A stretch of DNA of 63,982 nt, the filler included, from Asterionella formosa (lineage: Eukaryota): NCBI GenBank assembly GCA_002256025.1. It is 4 parts of 4 records of this genome, joined end to end, with 100 filler letters (N's around TTAATTAATTAA, not from the genome) between each part and the next. Parts side by side here need not be neighbours in the genome. Positions count along the whole stretch, not along the records: positions 1 to 16,069 come from NKIB01005126.1; 3 more parts are not named here. One strand, given 5' to 3'. The position numbers were made by a program, and so were the translations under genes. Of the stretch, positions 1-10,728 are shown piece after piece. The notes beneath the pieces are model-generated. The model was given only the letters and a program-made list of their open reading frames with translations. It searched no databases and was not told the origin of the DNA. Position 1 is the stretch's first letter; each line of letters opens with the position of its first letter.

Positions 1-849
1 AATAAACGGGAGTCATCACCAATTTTTCAAATGGTCGAAATCATACATTTATTTATATAGACATATCGACCAAAATTCATATGGCCTACCGGTAGTACTG
101 TATAATTGCTGGTAACTACTTCCATTACGGAAATACCACAATAGTGAAGCGGAAAACTGAATATGCTAATGTCTTTACTAGGATCATTTGATCATAGTTT
201 TAAGATCAATTAATCCTGATTCTTGAAAATAAATGTTGATTGTTCATTTTCTCATCAACGACACCGTTCATCATATGATCAATATGTTATGATTAAAGGT
301 TTAGGATAAACGAATCAAAATTTATTGATTAAAGATCATAGTTTATACCGGAGTAGTTGCTCATGCATGCAACCCCTTCCCCCTCCCCCTGTATAAAGTA
401 CGGAAGTGATAACCCCCAAGCTACCAAATTTTTATGTCTTGTAAGAATTATCGCAGCATGCATGCATATGTACATGACTCCTACTGGTATATACAATGCG
501 GAAATGATGACCACCAGTAGAATTATCGCAACATGGCTGCATATCTATTGAAAGGGCGGGAGGAATCATCCATGCACATGTATAGTATGAAATATGGAAA
601 TGATCTAATATAGTCTACACAAGGAGCAGTGCACCATATATGCCCTGTCTTTTTAATTCCTATGAAATCTCTTGATCTGTTCTGCGCTTTTTCGCCACAA
701 TTGTTTTCATTGGCTGATTCACTGGACAGCATTCGAATTGATTGTGCTTCGAACAAAGCAATGATCAAAGTGCACCCCATTGCAGAATGGTGAGTCTCAC
801 AACTAAGTATCAGCCAGTCGATTAAAATTGGACTGTCTTTTGTGCACCC

Positions 850-1790
850 TCGTTGTGTTTGTACTTGACTTGGCAACTGTCAGCCAAGAGCAGCCATGGT
901 ATGCTACCATTTATTGTCTATACGAGTTTCGAATGCGTTCAGCTATGATAACTTTTGCTACCCCCTGCCTCCTAAACACTATCTCACAACGCACCCTTGT
1001 CATAGACTTTTCTTTATCCTTTGGCTGCAGAGGCCCAGGTTACTCAATGCCTTCATCTGCAAGGAGTTCAGCCAAGCAGGTCCACGTTGGCGTCAAGAAA
1101 ACCTCAACCACGATTTTCCTCACATGCTCCACCCATTGACTTCTTCATTGATGAAGTCGAGGTAGCTATATTGATGTCAGGTGGTGCAGGCTTGTGTATA
1201 GATTGATCATGCCGAAACCCGTAGGTATCTATTTGTCAACATTGTTTGGGTCAATCTATTCTTGTTCCCGCAAGACCAGAAGCAATTATCCCTTTACTTC
1301 TCCTCCCAAGAACCTTCATTTATCTTTCACAATTGTCCTGGTGTTTGCAGAGCATTTTTAGTTCCCTTTTGATTTTTCCACTGGGTTCGATCCCTTTTGC
1401 ATTCAAGTCAAGAAACAAGCAACTCATTGAGATTTCTGGAGGTTTTGGTCAGTGGCACCATACAGCAACAATCAACAGATCATGGCGGCTGTTCTGCATT
1501 TTCTGTAGCAAGCGACATTCAAGAAGGGTCTGGGATCATTGGGGAGAAAACTTAGTAGGATTCTCTGTGTTTGCCCCCGCCTGTTTGGCATTCTACCATT
1601 GCTTCCTCTCAATCAATACTAGCTAGTATAGCTAATGAAAGGCGTAATTAGATGAAATGTGACTTCCGGTTTCTGATATTTTACATTGTTGCACTACTGA
1701 AACTTGAATCCATAAATGGGCATTCAACTTGCGCTTCTTGCATTTTTGCAGTATAGATTGGCTGGTGTTCGATAGGCCAAAGTGTCTCAC
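850..1790 (-). pseudogene. Degenerate DDE transposase remnant, probably Tc1/mariner-IS630-like (DDE_3-type family common in stramenopiles and fungi)
   Basis: Minus-strand frames, broken by stops and frameshifts, give FSPNDP.PF...SRHD, EGSWEEK.KG...VLREQ..IDPNNVDK and DFINEE...VEVFLTPTWTCLAELLADEGIE. These resemble the W.GK.KG..QVL.ERG and TPK.H.ELAGEGIEY.W motifs. Boundaries approximate. Confidence 0.55.
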
Positions 1791-1814
1791 TTTTGATTAA
1801 CATCTACAAAGTAC

Positions 1815-2735
1815 TATGATGATTTACTGTCCCGCTGCAGTAGCAACAGTCCTGATCATATGGTGTTCTCTTGCTTGCTTTCTACTCCAACTATCCCCTT
1901 TCAATTTTATGATCATACAAACTGTTGCTCGCTTACTACTCCAACTACCCCCATTATATCACTTCCTACCTGCTACTGGTACTCTGTAAATATATGATAA
2001 AATGTTATTGTCTTATAATGTACAGGTACACATGAAGAACTCCCGCCCAAAAAAGGGGCTTATATAATTAGCAACTAGCGAAATCCCAGCATATAAATAA
2101 TGATACAAATGGGTTGTGACTTACACCAATTGAATGATCTGCCGGTAAATAATAACTAGTTCCAACGGACGTAGAAAATATTGATGCAAACAAATTTCAG
2201 AAACAGTACTGGTACACGAGGCGAAGTCGTGGAAAACAATTGACATCTGGTGCATTGAATATCTTCGAATTATCTATATGCAAATATGATCATCTCAACA
2301 ATAGCTACCAGGCGTGCCATATTGAGAGCGAGTTCAGAGTGACACTAACAGCAGGGAAAGAGACACAATATTAGTAGGCACTGCCTGACACATGATTCAG
2401 AATAGAGGAAGAAAAGGGCAAGACAGGAACAATATATTGAGACGAGTGGAGAGAGAAATGCTTGATAGATGTAGAACCACATTACTAATTTGATAGTTAA
2501 ATTACAATCCATTTCAATTTATTTTGAGCAATGCTTGTGATTAGAATTATTATCACGTTTAAGATAGATATACAATGAAATAATTCACATGATAGCATAG
2601 GCAGAGTTTAGCTGATTTTAGGATGCTTTGTAGCAATAATTTACATTTGGTGATCACGAGAAGTGAAAATAAAATGAGAAGGTTTATGATATTGTTAAGA
2701 AATGTTGTTGATCAGTTGACTTACATTGTATGATC
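1815..2735 (+). repeat. AT-rich dispersed repeat; inverted copy at ~61440-63125
   Basis: Several blocks match in reverse complement, e.g. gatttactgtcccgctgcagtagcaac, gatacaaatgggtt, gtaggcactgcctgacacatgattcagaatagaggaag and gagtttagctgattttaggatgc. Confidence 0.85.
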
Positions 2736-2929
2736 GATACAAGACTACCGGTACATAAGCAACTCAATCATGGTGTCATCATATGCATATGGTATGAATA
2801 CAATATTATTCTAGACATAAAAAGATTGCACGTGTTTGAATAGTCTGAAATCATTCTTTTTTAACCCTAGATCGAGCTTGGGGTTCAAATGCAGAAACCT
2901 TAAGAACCTTCTTGACTGATTTCTCTACT

Positions 2930-3180
2930 TGGAGCACTTGTTGTTACGGATAATAATCGGATGCTCATGCCAGGCCAGTAGCATCGTAAAATTTGCCGCA
3001 CATAACTACTAAATATGGCTGAATAAATAGTTTCTCTCCTGCTCCATCATAGCTACTAATGAAAAATCACCCCTCAGTAGCCAGCTGCACAATTTTGTCT
3101 TTCTTAAAAATGACATTAACTGGTAGCCGTTCCTCTTATCTAAAGTGGTTTGCTGCAGTTAAAGTCATTATTACGAAAGT
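2930..3180 (+). repeat. Dispersed repeat; inverted copy at ~49600-49782
   Basis: tggagcacttgttgttacggata and aaatcacccctc match the reverse complement of 49600-49782. Confidence 0.7.
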
Positions 3181-3679
3181 TAGTACATCTGGTGATTGTT
3201 TCGAAAACGTCGTCATCAAATAGGGGGGGGGGCAATATTTTGTTCTTAAGTATTTAATTTTTAATTTTTATAATCCTTCATTCAAACCCTCAATACTCAA
3301 ATTCATCGGCATCAATCATACTCTTGCCTGATCTGCCATTTGGATGGGTGAGAAACACCAGCAGCCAACCCGTTAATTCCATTGCTGCATCATCAGCATG
3401 AGGCAACAAAAACAAAAATTGTCGCTGCATGTAATCCCAACAGGCCTACTACATCCAATCTTCTGGTAGATTTTTGATACTAAAAATATAGGTTGTAAGG
3501 ATACAGCTTTGGTGGAGGCCTGCTAGCAAGAAAAGCAAAGATTGTGGAGGAAAAGGTGAGCCCATCATTGCGGCTGGTCTCAGAACTATCACAATCCTTG
3601 GTGACTTCATTGTTGATTGTCAAATGTCATTATTGGAATGTCCTCCAATGATATGCATGTCTTCTTTCATAAACCTCCT

Positions 3680-4075
3680 GAAGTAGGCACAGTTTGCGAT
3701 TTAGTGCAACACGAATACATACAGAAAGCATGAAAATGAAATAATCTCGACAATGAAGTCTTGGGTGGTGTATCTTTGATCCATCATCATGTTCAAAGAC
3801 TCGAGTGGCGATTCGGGATTGCTGTATGGGAAGGAGGCTGTTGGGTGCAGGTGGATATACTTGGAATCAAATTGGCCTGATGTCCCATGAGGTGTCCAGC
3901 CAGCCATATCCAATAATCTTCCGATGTCACCATTCATTAGGAGGACAAACTATTCACTCTATATGTTCATAGAAATTGAATTGACAAATATAGAATTTAA
4001 AGGGTTCATCTACTGCTCCTTCTTTATTCACAACAGTAGTTGTATTGTTTATTATCATTAGCAAGAACAATTAAG
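3680..4075 (-). repeat. Dispersed repeat; copy at ~58280-58690 (+)
   Basis: Shared DNA. Both copies translate to MAGWTPHGT.G...SK.I.LH.TASFPYSNPESPL. Confidence 0.85.
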
Positions 4076-4134
4076 ATGGACATATCAATTTGTTGCAACA
4101 AACCGGCATGCAAATTACCATGATAGTACCAGCC

Positions 4135-4320
4135 ACCAACTTCAGTGGTTCCACCATCAACGAAGAAGGGGGTCATGAAAAGTTAAAATATCCGACTATA
4201 GAGAAAAGTGAAGAAATGAAAATAAAAAATTCCTGGAATAGCCATTGGCCTACATGACGTTCCCGTAGATGACATACCAAGGCAAAATTTCCATCCATCA
4301 CAAGGACTGCTCCATGTGTC
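4135..4320 (+). repeat. Dispersed repeat; direct copy at ~49405-49585
   Basis: accaacttc.g.ggttccaccatcaa...gggggtcatgaaaagttaaa...cgactatagagaaaagt.aagaaa.gaaaataaaaaattcc occurs in both places. Confidence 0.85.
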
Positions 4321-4677
4321 AAAGTTTTGTCGACAACCCTACCAGTAGTTCGTATTCATAGGGTTGCGGTCGTTGGGAGGACAGACAAGCAGCCAAGCAA
4401 TAACAATACGAAACAGGACAACTTGATAACATACCGGTACTTGTTATCTGGTTTTTTCCAGGTACCCAGGGTACCTTGCAAGTTGGGGTACTGGTGCTGA
4501 AGGTAAATATTTAGCTATCTTTATCCCATGTTGCTGGTAACCAGGATCCAGGTACCGTTACCGTTAGTATCGCTCCCCTCGTCGTCATGTCGATTTATGG
4601 AATGAAAGAACACAGCGGGCAATTTCTCACTACCATACTCGACTCTTTTCTTTTGCTTGCTGGCCTTCGTTGCTATC

Positions 4678-5385
4678 ATGGCTTTGAATCAGCTGGAGCA
4701 TTCCAAGAGTCTAATTCGCTTGAATGCACCTGAATCCCAAACACAATTCGAACGCGATCCCGTTGACGACAATGCATTCGTGCTGTATTTAATCAACCGG
4801 ATGCAGCAAGTACGGTGTCCTAAACGAGGAAACGCTTCCGAAGGTGTTCCTGTGATTGAAGGCCTTGACAGAGTGATCTTTAGCACTGTTTCCGCTGCGG
4901 ATGCCATCACTCTTTGCGGAATCCGGCCGCCCAGATACCTCTGCTACATGGTTTCTGGTTTCGTTTGTGACATAATTCAGTTCGGAATCGATCTCATGCT
5001 ACACTATCTCTTTCATATCAACGACGCTAGTATATGTTGGGTCCTTGGTTTTGGAATTAGCATCTTTTTCCGACATACGACACACAGATATCTGGTATTT
5101 GGTAACTATGTTGGTGGATATTGCAACAGTCTTGCTCGAATGTATGCTGGTTACTCGATCACTATTGCGCTATCGACAATTTTCAACTTCTTGCTCACAG
5201 CAAAGGCCAACTTCAGCCACTATCACGCTTGGATTTTCACCTTGGTCTGGACTGGAATAGTGAACTACTTCATTCTCCAACGAATGTGGTCATTTGGAGG
5301 AAGCAGTAACCTTGGCAAGCGAAAGTCAGTGGGTCAATCACAACTGGAAGTCAAGCGACTCTCTGACGACCAAGAAGTTGTTTGA
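4678..5385 (+). CDS. GtrA-like small multi-pass membrane protein
   Basis: Intact ORF from ATG 4678. The C-terminal half has about four hydrophobic helices with a GtrA-like pattern (RYL.Y..SG...; HRYLVF; NYFILQRMWSF). Confidence 0.7.
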   Translation: MALNQLEHSKSLIRLNAPESQTQFERDPVDDNAFVLYLINRMQQVRCPKRGNASEGVPVIEGLDRVIFSTVSAADAITLCGIRPPRYLCYMVSGFVCDIIQFGIDLMLHYLFHINDASICWVLGFGISIFFRHTTHRYLVFGNYVGGYCNSLARMYAGYSITIALSTIFNFLLTAKANFSHYHAWIFTLVWTGIVNYFILQRMWSFGGSSNLGKRKSVGQSQLEVKRLSDDQEVV

Positions 5386-6516
5386 TTGTTTGATGTTGAT
5401 TGATTCCCGAATATTTAGAATGTGGTGAGTCGTGTTGTGAGCTGTGCACTCCTTGTACTGGACGTACCACGGCTCCGTTCAAAATGAGCGATGAGTGCGA
5501 TGTGTTAACCTTTTTTGTATGGAAGATGTAAGCGATGAATCGAGGAAATATGTATGTGTATCAGTACTTTATGTTACCTGGTACCTGGCACGGGACACCA
5601 AACAAATTATGACAGAAGGCCGTTGCGGGCCAATATTGATGAACAGTGTCGCATTTGGTACTCTTCCTGGCTTGCAGGCATCAGTGTGAGCACCCTTTTT
5701 TACCCTGTTCGCTTGTTTGCATGTATCCAATGCTCCCCAAATAATTCAAGTCAAATATGGTTGGCTTGGTTCGTTCAATGTTTGGTGGATAGCTCTATGC
5801 TATTACCGGTATACTTACAGTACCAGCTGAACAAGCTACATTCTAGAATCGTGTTTCGTATTGATCTTGAAATTGTGCTGTACGATTCCGACGACTCACT
5901 TACTCTTGCCTTTTATAGCGACGACTCGATATTCTGGAATATTGAAAGCATTGGCCTATTGTGGGATCACGAACACCATTTGCTTTATAGCTAGGCTGTC
6001 ACACAATCATCGTATATGATTAATATACGAAGCAATTGTATTCTCGCACATGCAAATTAACCGTCAAACGCAGCAGGAATAGGGAACACAACCTTTACTA
6101 TCGACAACGATCATTATGTGTAATATTGTTGCGCACCCTTTATCCGGCGGGTCTAGAATTTATTTAGTGTCACACCAGAAAACAGTCAAACGTGTCGGGT
6201 GCAAAATGTGAACATACTTGCGCGTTGTTCGGTATCCTTCGGGATTTGCTAGTTTCACACGATCAGGAGCGTTGTTTAACCGTTATATTGTTTTGTCCAA
6301 GAATATGTTGTATCGTGGTTTCGGATGATAGTCCCACATCAAATTCCACGGGTTTGCGCTGTTTCCCACATGGCACAGGTACTCCTACCAGGGTGTCGAC
6401 CATCAGGTACCTGGTATGATTGTTAACCCTTCCTTGTCCTGCATGCGGAACATGTCACACATTTGTAAATTGAACAAAATATATCCTAGTGGTACCGGTA
6501 ATCAATTTGTAACAAC

Positions 6517-7368
6517 ATGACAACTTCCAAAGTTAGTCCGGAAGACCGGCTCGAACGCAAAAGAAAGGCGGCTCGATTGAGACAGCAACGATGTCGTTCG
6601 CGCAAGCGTAATAACGTCTTAATGATGATGAAAGAAAACCTGATAGGACAGGAACAACAAGTGTCAAGTCCCTTGGTTATGGCGAACACTCCACCTTACG
6701 AAGATGTTGACTCAAATCATTACAATCGTGAAACGATTTCTACGAGACCAAGTGTAAGTTATAAGTCTCAATGGCAGCCTTACTGGAGAGTAAATTCAAC
6801 ACACCGACAGGAAGAAGTGCCACCTGTGAACTTCAAGCATCCATGCGAATATCCAGTTCGCAAGCGAACCCACCATCCGGTGAGCACTTCACATGCATGT
6901 GAACCACCATTACGTGCATATCAGAGTTTTGTTTACGAACAAAGATGTCCATCATATGATCTGAGTCCACCCTTTATGCGAGAGGAATATGGAAGTGAAC
7001 GATTGCCACTTTACCAAAAGCCGCCTTTGTTGCCAGTACTTTCTCCATACAAGCATCGGACCTGCCAGGACTATCAAGAGCGATGTGAAAATGAAGAATC
7101 CAGGGTTAGCCCGGATCATCACTCTAGTGGGCGAGGATCATTTGATAACAGGGAAGAAGCTGCTATCGATGCTATCCTGTCGTTAAAGGATTCATTTCCT
7201 GGGCCTCAACCCGAGAAAAATGAGGGAAGCGCTACCATAACATGCCATCATTTGCGATCGTCTTTTCGACCATACCATCGACCTACACCATTACGCTACT
7301 ATCAAAAAACAAGCTATCACGATCACCAGACACATATGAAACCTGGATTTTACTTGCGTTTCAAATAG
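6517..7368 (+). CDS. Hypothetical protein with a bZIP-like basic region (putative transcription factor)
   Basis: 283-aa ORF with N-terminal ERKRKAARLRQQRCRSRKR, a Pro/Tyr/His-rich disordered body and an amphipathic EEAAIDAILSLK motif. Confidence 0.7.
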   Translation: MTTSKVSPEDRLERKRKAARLRQQRCRSRKRNNVLMMMKENLIGQEQQVSSPLVMANTPPYEDVDSNHYNRETISTRPSVSYKSQWQPYWRVNSTHRQEEVPPVNFKHPCEYPVRKRTHHPVSTSHACEPPLRAYQSFVYEQRCPSYDLSPPFMREEYGSERLPLYQKPPLLPVLSPYKHRTCQDYQERCENEESRVSPDHHSSGRGSFDNREEAAIDAILSLKDSFPGPQPEKNEGSATITCHHLRSSFRPYHRPTPLRYYQKTSYHDHQTHMKPGFYLRFK

Positions 7369-8092
7369 AGCTTCAAATTAGACCATATAGAACACAACAC
7401 TTACTACGAACTTGAGTCCACTCAAATCACGAAAGTGCATGCTATCTGATTAGACATCAATCAACGCTAGGGAATTTCTATAATTCCATTTCCTTTTGGC
7501 TATGTTTCCCTTTTCTTTGATTTAGTCAAGTCATCAAATGTAAGTAGGCGAGAGTACAGCATGGTACGCCATATCAGGGTCGCTACACAAGGAAAATGAC
7601 TTTACATTATGGCAATGCACAAAATGAACTGCATCTATGCTATCAATACTAGAAATCTTGGAAAAATGAGGTGCTTTGAACTGTCACTAAGCCTGTTACA
7701 TGCCTTTTACATCTAGTATCTGAGGACAACAAAATGGTGGAGAAAGGGAATTTGACTAACACAACAAGCAAGGGTGCGAATACTTATATGACTGCTGGTC
7801 AGTAGGCAATGATGTCATATGTCTTGTTCAAGCATTGGAACAGAAAAAAATTAGAAGGGACTCAGGATTTAACTGAATGAGGCAAAGCATATTCGTTTGG
7901 AAGGCCCGAGAATAAAATAAAAGAGGAGATCCATTTTGGGAGACAAGCACAAGGCTTCACAGGTGCTAGTAGCTAAGTACATGGGGGATGTAGTACCTGC
8001 ATATTGCAGTAGTTTGGCTATATCTAGTTCACCCCAACCAGCTTGTTACTCCAAAAATACTATTTGGCTTTGTTCTCATTTAGCCAAAAGCA

Positions 8093-8433
8093 GGGGCTTG
8101 CTTAATTGGTTAGCACGCCTTCCGAGGTGGCGGGCTCGATTCCTGAATTCTCCACCTGTCTTTTATTTTCATGTAATTCTTAGGGTCCTAGATGTGTGGC
8201 TACTGAACAAAAACGACAAGTACCTTTGTACTGTATAGACGATTTGGTACCCTTCTGATCCCCGCGTTCCAGCGCCCAGAGTCGCCAGCTATGATGTTTG
8301 TTGGGATAATATTGGGTTGGTAAGTAAGTATATGAACACCAGCAGTGGCAATGCCACAAAGCGCTACGTGGTCTACCCTTCTAGCAAATTAGTAGTCTTA
8401 AAGCGCTTAATATATAAGTGAAGTTAAATTTTA
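8093..8433 (+). mobile_element. tRNA-derived SINE (family 2)
   Basis: Head GGGGCTTGCTTAATTGGTTAGCAC...GGGCTCGATTCC has A-box and B-box-like motifs. It is flanked by the direct repeat ATTTAGCCAAAA at 8078-8089 and 8434-8445. Confidence 0.65.
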
Positions 8434-9407
8434 ATTTAGCCAAAAATATTGAGACCAACCTGTTATGCATATCATGGCATTTTACTTCCATTGATTTTGC
8501 TTTATGTTGGACAGAACTCGTTGAACTAGCTTTTCTTATAGAAACAATTTTGTATATTTTATAACGTCACCATTTCAAACCAACTGCCATCAAATCACCT
8601 CAAAGTAATCATACTGCTGTTATGCGCAGCCAAGACCGAGCGAAGGTGAAGTAACGATATTCATATTGCAAAAAATATATAAGTAGAATGTAAAATACCA
8701 ATATATACTGGCTATATAATATATCAAGACATCAGAAAATCATCGACTTGTGTGGTAAGCCTTTTGGGATCAGAGTGTTTTCATTCAACTGAGAACAAAT
8801 GCATTTGATAACAGAAGGACACTTCTTGCCTCGTGGGACTCTGGGGTGCCATGAAAGATTCGAAAGCAACCACATGGTGCCAGTGACTTTCAAAAAGAAA
8901 TTCTCCGCCTTGGATCACCACAAGCGAAATTAAAGTTTAGGCAAAGGAGGAGCTGGTTTTCCAGCATGGAGGCATTGCTGCTAAATCAGGACAGAAAAGC
9001 AAATGGGGAGCTTTATCTACCCAAAAAAATTACTATCAAGAAAAGAGGAAACAGTGTTTTGATCCTGTGAATTATCTGTAGAGAACTCGGTTAACTATGA
9101 ATGAATTATGGAGAAAATGGAATTTTCGGTGGATGTTAGATAGCGATGCTGATCATGTTGGAGATTTATATTCTGGGGCTGCACAACGACACAATTCAAC
9201 AAAAGCAGCTCCTGAGGGGGAATTTCTTGAGGAAATTATGCAATTATGAAATGGATCGGCTCAAGTCAATATTTGGTAAGATCAGGCAAGCAGTGAATTT
9301 TGTTACATATGTTTCAAGCATTGCTTCCAAAACATATGAATTTGGTGGGAGTTCTCATTTATGCAGCTGATTTCATTATAATTTTTTTCAGTCACTGTAA
9401 TGCTACT

Positions 9408-9769
9408 AAAAAAGGAAAGTATGTTAATAGCCTATTTGTTCTACCCTATTACTATAGGCAAGTCTTTCATTGCGCTATCTGCTGAAAAGACCTGTGATTC
9501 CCTAAATTTGTTAGCGTAGGTGAGTCCCCAACCACCTTTCGCGAAAAGTGATTGTCTTAGCCGCAGCTTTAGAGGAAAATCCGACCGCCTAGGAAGGCGA
9601 CACAACAAGCTGCTTGTAGGGCGACAACCCACTATTTCGTGCACACCAGGCAAGACTGTGCAGGACGGTAAGGAGTGTGGGAGGAGTGGAACCCAAGAAT
9701 TGCTTCTCAAGAAATTGCGGGAATTGAACCTCACAAGGCAACGTGATATACCACCACTAAGCCATTCCC
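9408..9769 (-). mobile_element. tRNA-derived SINE (family 1), older copy
   Basis: Homologous over its length to 52799-53124. Head GGGAATGGCTTAGTGG...GGTTCAATTCC. Degenerate TSD beginning TCACTGTA at 9392 and 9770. Confidence 0.75.
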
Positions 9770-10728
9770 TCACTGTACTAGCTGCTGGTGCAGTGTATAG
9801 CAATTTTTATGTTGTGTACAAAATACTTATAGAATCAGTAATACTTTGTAAAAAATACTGGTAATACTTTGTAATGATAGAGGGAATGCAATCAAGGACT
9901 TGTTGTCAAGACTCATGTAGTTGTTGCCCCACCCTGCACTCATGTTTCCGAATGATCTCCTTATTAAATCACCATATGTATCAGTTAGTAGTACTAGCTA
10001 CTAGGTTGCTTAATAGAAAATAAAGCAACTTAGCCATTCCTTCATTGTGTTATTGAAACCGAAGGTAGGAATTTGCTGGGCATAGCATTTCTTCACTTCT
10101 TGACATTGTATAGATATAATGTTTTCATGACTATTATGTATCGTTTTTGACTATCAGCTAGCTAGTTCAAATCACTGAGAGCAAGGGCAAAGGAAAGCGA
10201 ACAATGATATGGGGAGATATTTACTTAATTCAGTAATGATGAGGCAACAAAATCTATCTATTTTGATGATAAAATAAAAATTTAATTTATATCATTTACT
10301 AGTACCACTTCTTAAAAAATCTTGATGCCACTATTTCGAGCAAGCCGTCATGATCTCGTCATCTCGTCCACGACAAACTACCGGTAGACCCCCATCCCCC
10401 ATAGCCACTTCTACATACTGCATGGTGAATGATAGCTTACCTTTGTTTACGTAGAGAATATTGGCCATCCGTCAGCCATCAAACCACACGCACCACCACC
10501 GCAGCATCATGCAGGTCCGATTCGATCTATTATATTACCCCCTGGTACCTACAGGTAACGTATTGATGCGCACAACGCACTTCAACGAGGACATCAATCA
10601 TCTACCGGTAGTCTGCCTCACACGAAAGTTGTCGTTTAGATCTACTTCTCCAGGAATTAGATCAGTTTCTTGTTGACCTCGTCTGCGAATAGAGAGAAGG
10701 CGAAATAGCATTGCAGGAGCGTAATGCC

